Origin: Truepera sp.
Lineage (GTDB): Bacteria > Deinococcota > Deinococci > Deinococcales > Trueperaceae
Direction of reading: 5' to 3'
Assembly: GCA_965218435.1 (NCBI GenBank)
Contig: CBDCKW010000005.1
Coordinates: 480,001 to 544,000 of the forward strand
DNA length: 64,000 nt
Of this stretch, positions 63,266 to 64,000 are shown one piece after another. The first letter of the stretch is position 1; the number at the start of each line of letters is the position of its first letter. Both the position numbers and the translations under genes were made by a program. Below the pieces are notes generated by a model, which searched no databases, had not been told where the DNA came from, and saw nothing but the letters and a program-made list of their open reading frames with translations.

Positions 63266-63374
63266 GATACTGTTTCCTAATTCAATCCTCTGCCTTTTTG
63301 AAGGTGTAAACGCCCTTGTCTACAAGGCTTTATGTCAATCCATTGGAGCCTCAGCATAATTTGGAAGCAGTATC
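63266..63374. mobile_element. MITE (~109 bp) with IS1182-like termini
   Basis: GATACTGTTTCCTAATT / AATTTGGAAGCAGTATC; flanking TCGGCGA direct repeat. Confidence 0.7.
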
Positions 63375-63818
63375 TCGGCGAGACTGTTTCAGCTAAGCTT
63401 CTTACGCTCAGGCATAAAACAGCCCCGTTCTACTTTTGCGATGAGAAGCGCGGGGCTGACCCCCGGAGGGGAAACGCAGGGTAGCAAACATTTAACTGTA
63501 AAGCGTGAAGTGGTGCTCTCTAGCCTCGGTCTTCAGCAAGCCCAACAGTTACGCTAACTTACGCTTATCGTAATAAAGATTAAGACGCTTTAACCTGTTC
63601 GGAAGACTCGAGCTTAAACGTAAGATGTGGCCAGGCATTATGTTAAATATCAAACGTTATAATTCACATAGAAGAATGAAGACTTATCATCACCTATTTG
63701 GCTTCACAGATTGCCGCTTATGATGCAAAATGAAGTATCCGAAGCAATAAAAAGTGGTGCATCAGGAGTAACAAGTAACCAAAGCGTTATCCCGGTAAGA
63801 TGGTGTAAGGAGGAACTC

Positions 63819-64000
63819 ATGAGAACCTCAGTGGCACTAAACGACGAAACAGTCCAAGAGCTACTCGAGGTCACCAACACCACTAATACGACCCAGGCCG
63901 TCAGCACTGCGGTCAACGAATACTTGAGGAGGCGCAGGCTCGACCGCTTTCGTGCTCTCAGAGGTAAGGTCGAGATCATCAGCAACGAGGAGATCGAAGC
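63819..64000 (+). CDS. Type II TA antitoxin, VapB-like (3' end outside the window)
   Basis: MRTSVALNDE..T.AV..AVNEYLRRRR; AAGGAGG RBS. Confidence 0.7.
   Translation, partial: MRTSVALNDETVQELLEVTNTTNTTQAVSTAVNEYLRRRRLDRFRALRGKVEIISNEEIE

Noticed and set aside
63395..63665. Possible RDRM (DdrO) boxes among TTACG/CGTAA half-sites
   Set aside because: Spacing does not fit the 17-bp palindrome; could be res-like or chance.
1..64000. CRISPR array or cas genes
   Set aside because: No regularly spaced repeat-spacer array and no Cas or TnpB motifs were seen.

Overview
A 64 kb accessory region with no core housekeeping genes apart from one HU gene; it looks like a plasmid or genomic island. A Deinococcota (Truepera/Meiothermus-like) host is a tentative inference from the IS repertoire and frequent CTCGAG. 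It is heavily decayed. It holds intact or broken IS200/IS605, IS1182, IS6, ISL3, IS256, IS630, IS701, IS3, IS982 and IS1 elements, four miniature non-autonomous elements, and many genes broken by single nonsense changes. Cargo includes redox/stress, efflux and regulator modules and several defence-like genes. The most interesting locus is 45.6-49.8 kb on the minus strand. A 120-nt tRNA-like gene with a 54-nt structured insert in place of the anticodon loop has a candidate promoter and terminator of its own. It lies directly upstream of a tightly coupled operon: [frameshifted ~213-aa unknown]-[QatC/QueC-like enzyme]-[XRE-HTH + ImmA/IrrE HEXXH peptidase]-[PIN nuclease]. No QatA, QatD or CD-NTase partner is visible in the window. 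A convergent [318-aa unknown]-[DUF2188-like] pair and a broken resolvase lie next to it. All family calls are by eye from motifs; no searches were run.
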